Below, piece by piece: positions 37,418 to 38,603 of a DNA stretch of 38,603 nt (its first letter is position 1; the number at the start of each line of letters is the position of its first letter). Source of the stretch: Deferrisomatales bacterium (GTDB lineage: Bacteria; Desulfobacterota; Deferrisomatia; Deferrisomatales; JACRMM01); the NCBI GenBank assembly GCA_033551855.1, contig JAWSUI010000034.1:1-38603 (forward strand). Reading direction: 5' to 3'. A program made the position numbers and the translations under genes. A model generated the notes under the pieces. It was given only the letters and a program-made list of their open reading frames with translations. It did no database searches and had not been told where the DNA came from.

Positions 37418-37886
37418 CGTGGCACCTCCAAGGGAGACGGAAGCCAGTATCTACCACCTGACACGTGCGCGGAGCCAGGGAGCCCCTCCGCTCCGCCCCG
37501 CAATCCGCAGCAATTCGAAGGGGTGACCCCGCAGGCCCCGGTGTGCCGGGCTTCACCCGTTTGCGCCGGACCCGGTCGGTCGGTCGAGGCGGTGCGGGGC
37601 TGGGCTCCAAGGCTCCCCGGCCCCGCCCGAACGCTTGGCGGGGGATTTGGGAAGAACCAGGAACAGGCCGGAGTATAGGTGCGGGCTTCCCTCCGGTCAA
37701 AACACACCGCGGGCCTCCCGCCCGGGGAGGGGAGGCGACGGGCCGCACCGGCCTCGGACCGGCCCGGCGCCGGGCCGCACGTGGCCCGATGTCGATGGTG
37801 GGGGGCGTCGCCGGGCGCTATCCTCGATTTCGAGCGAACCGGACCGCGCCGCCCCCGGCGGCCGTCCCCCGGACGAGGAGGATGCC

Positions 37887-38549
37887 ATGAGAGGAACGAG
37901 CGCCGCCGCTGTCGCCCTGGCACTGGCCGTCCTGTGGGGCGCCGCCCAGCCGCTCCACGCCGCCGCGGGAACGAGCCGCGGCGGCACCCACGGCTTCACC
38001 TGGGGGCCTCGCCATTACCCGCTGCCCGCCGCCGTGCACCGTCCCCCCTGTCCGCCCCCTCGGAAGCCGAGCTACGGGCGCCGCCCGCCCGTTCGCCCCG
38101 ACCACCGCCACACCTATACCTCCACGACGGTCGTCTACCGCCCCTATACCTCGTACTCCGGCGGGAAAGAGCTCCTCGGCAACGTCATCGGCGGTGCGGT
38201 GGGCGGGGTCCTGGGCGCCCAGATCGGGGGTGGGACGGGTCGGACAGCGGCGGTCGTGGGCGGCACGGTCCTCGGACTGCTGGTGGGCGGCAGCGTAGGC
38301 CGCTCCATGGATGCCGCCGACCGGCTCGCGGTGGGCCACACCCTGGAGACGGCGCCCACACGAACGGTTGTCGCCTGGCAGAATCCGGACAGCGGCACCC
38401 GCTACGAGGTGACCCCCCTGGCGACCTATGAGGCGGCCGGCCGGTACTGCCGGGAGTACACGGCCACCGCCCTCGTCGCCGGCCAGAGACAGCAGATCTA
38501 CGGGACCGCCTGCCGCCAGCCCGACGGTACGTGGGAGGTGGTCCGCTGA
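37887..38549 (+). CDS. glycine-zipper surface antigen (RT0821/Lpp0805, 17-kDa antigen-like)
   Basis: GAGGAGG RBS and a signal peptide. Motifs GGAVGGVLGAQIGGG, WQNPDSG, YCREY and GTACRQPDGTW. Confidence 0.85.
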   Translation: MRGTSAAAVALALAVLWGAAQPLHAAAGTSRGGTHGFTWGPRHYPLPAAVHRPPCPPPRKPSYGRRPPVRPDHRHTYTSTTVVYRPYTSYSGGKELLGNVIGGAVGGVLGAQIGGGTGRTAAVVGGTVLGLLVGGSVGRSMDAADRLAVGHTLETAPTRTVVAWQNPDSGTRYEVTPLATYEAAGRYCREYTATALVAGQRQQIYGTACRQPDGTWEVVR

Positions 38550-38603
38550 CGCGACGGCACGCAGGGGCACCGGCATCGGGAGCCGCGGTCCCGCGCTTCC
38601 GCC

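Noticed and set aside
37420..37886. Possible ncRNA in the 470-bp divergent intergenic region
   Set aside because: Only generic GC-rich hairpins were seen, with no recognisable family or repeat.
1..38603. CRISPR array, tRNA, rRNA, transposase or integrase
   Set aside because: No regularly spaced repeats, cloverleaf or rRNA signatures, or recombinase motifs were seen.

Overview
Very GC-rich bacterial chromosomal segment. Gene content and codon style suggest a Desulfobacterota/Deferrisoma-like deltaproteobacterium, which is inference only. From left to right: 3' end of an RlmD-type RNA methyltransferase; a CGNR zinc-finger protein; an AEC transporter-agmatine deiminase-N-carbamoylputrescine amidase operon; a frameshifted metallo-beta-lactamase-fold gene; Hsp20; an orphan NadB/SdhA-like flavoprotein; asd; a minus-strand DUF5752-treT-glutamate-cysteine-ligase-like-M14 hydrolase operon; a small PepSY-TM protein; pncA; a ~15.5 kb mscS-glgE-treS/mak-glgB-treZ-GH57-treY trehalose/alpha-glucan operon; a convergent GH100-like hydrolase; a 51-aa orphan ORF with full expression signals; an octaheme HAO-family cytochrome; DUF2845; a sirtuin; an iron-sulfur flavoprotein; and a glycine-zipper surface antigen. 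The clearest feature that gene annotation does not explain is a 209-bp non-coding mobile element (MITE-like). It is present twice, at 4485-4693 (+) and 31554-31762 (-), with 13 mismatches and no indels. It has imperfect terminal inverted repeats, a different 8-bp target-site duplication at each site and a long internal fold with REP-like palindromes. Degenerate end fragments occur at 15753 and 6188. No CRISPR, rRNA, tRNA or transposase was seen.
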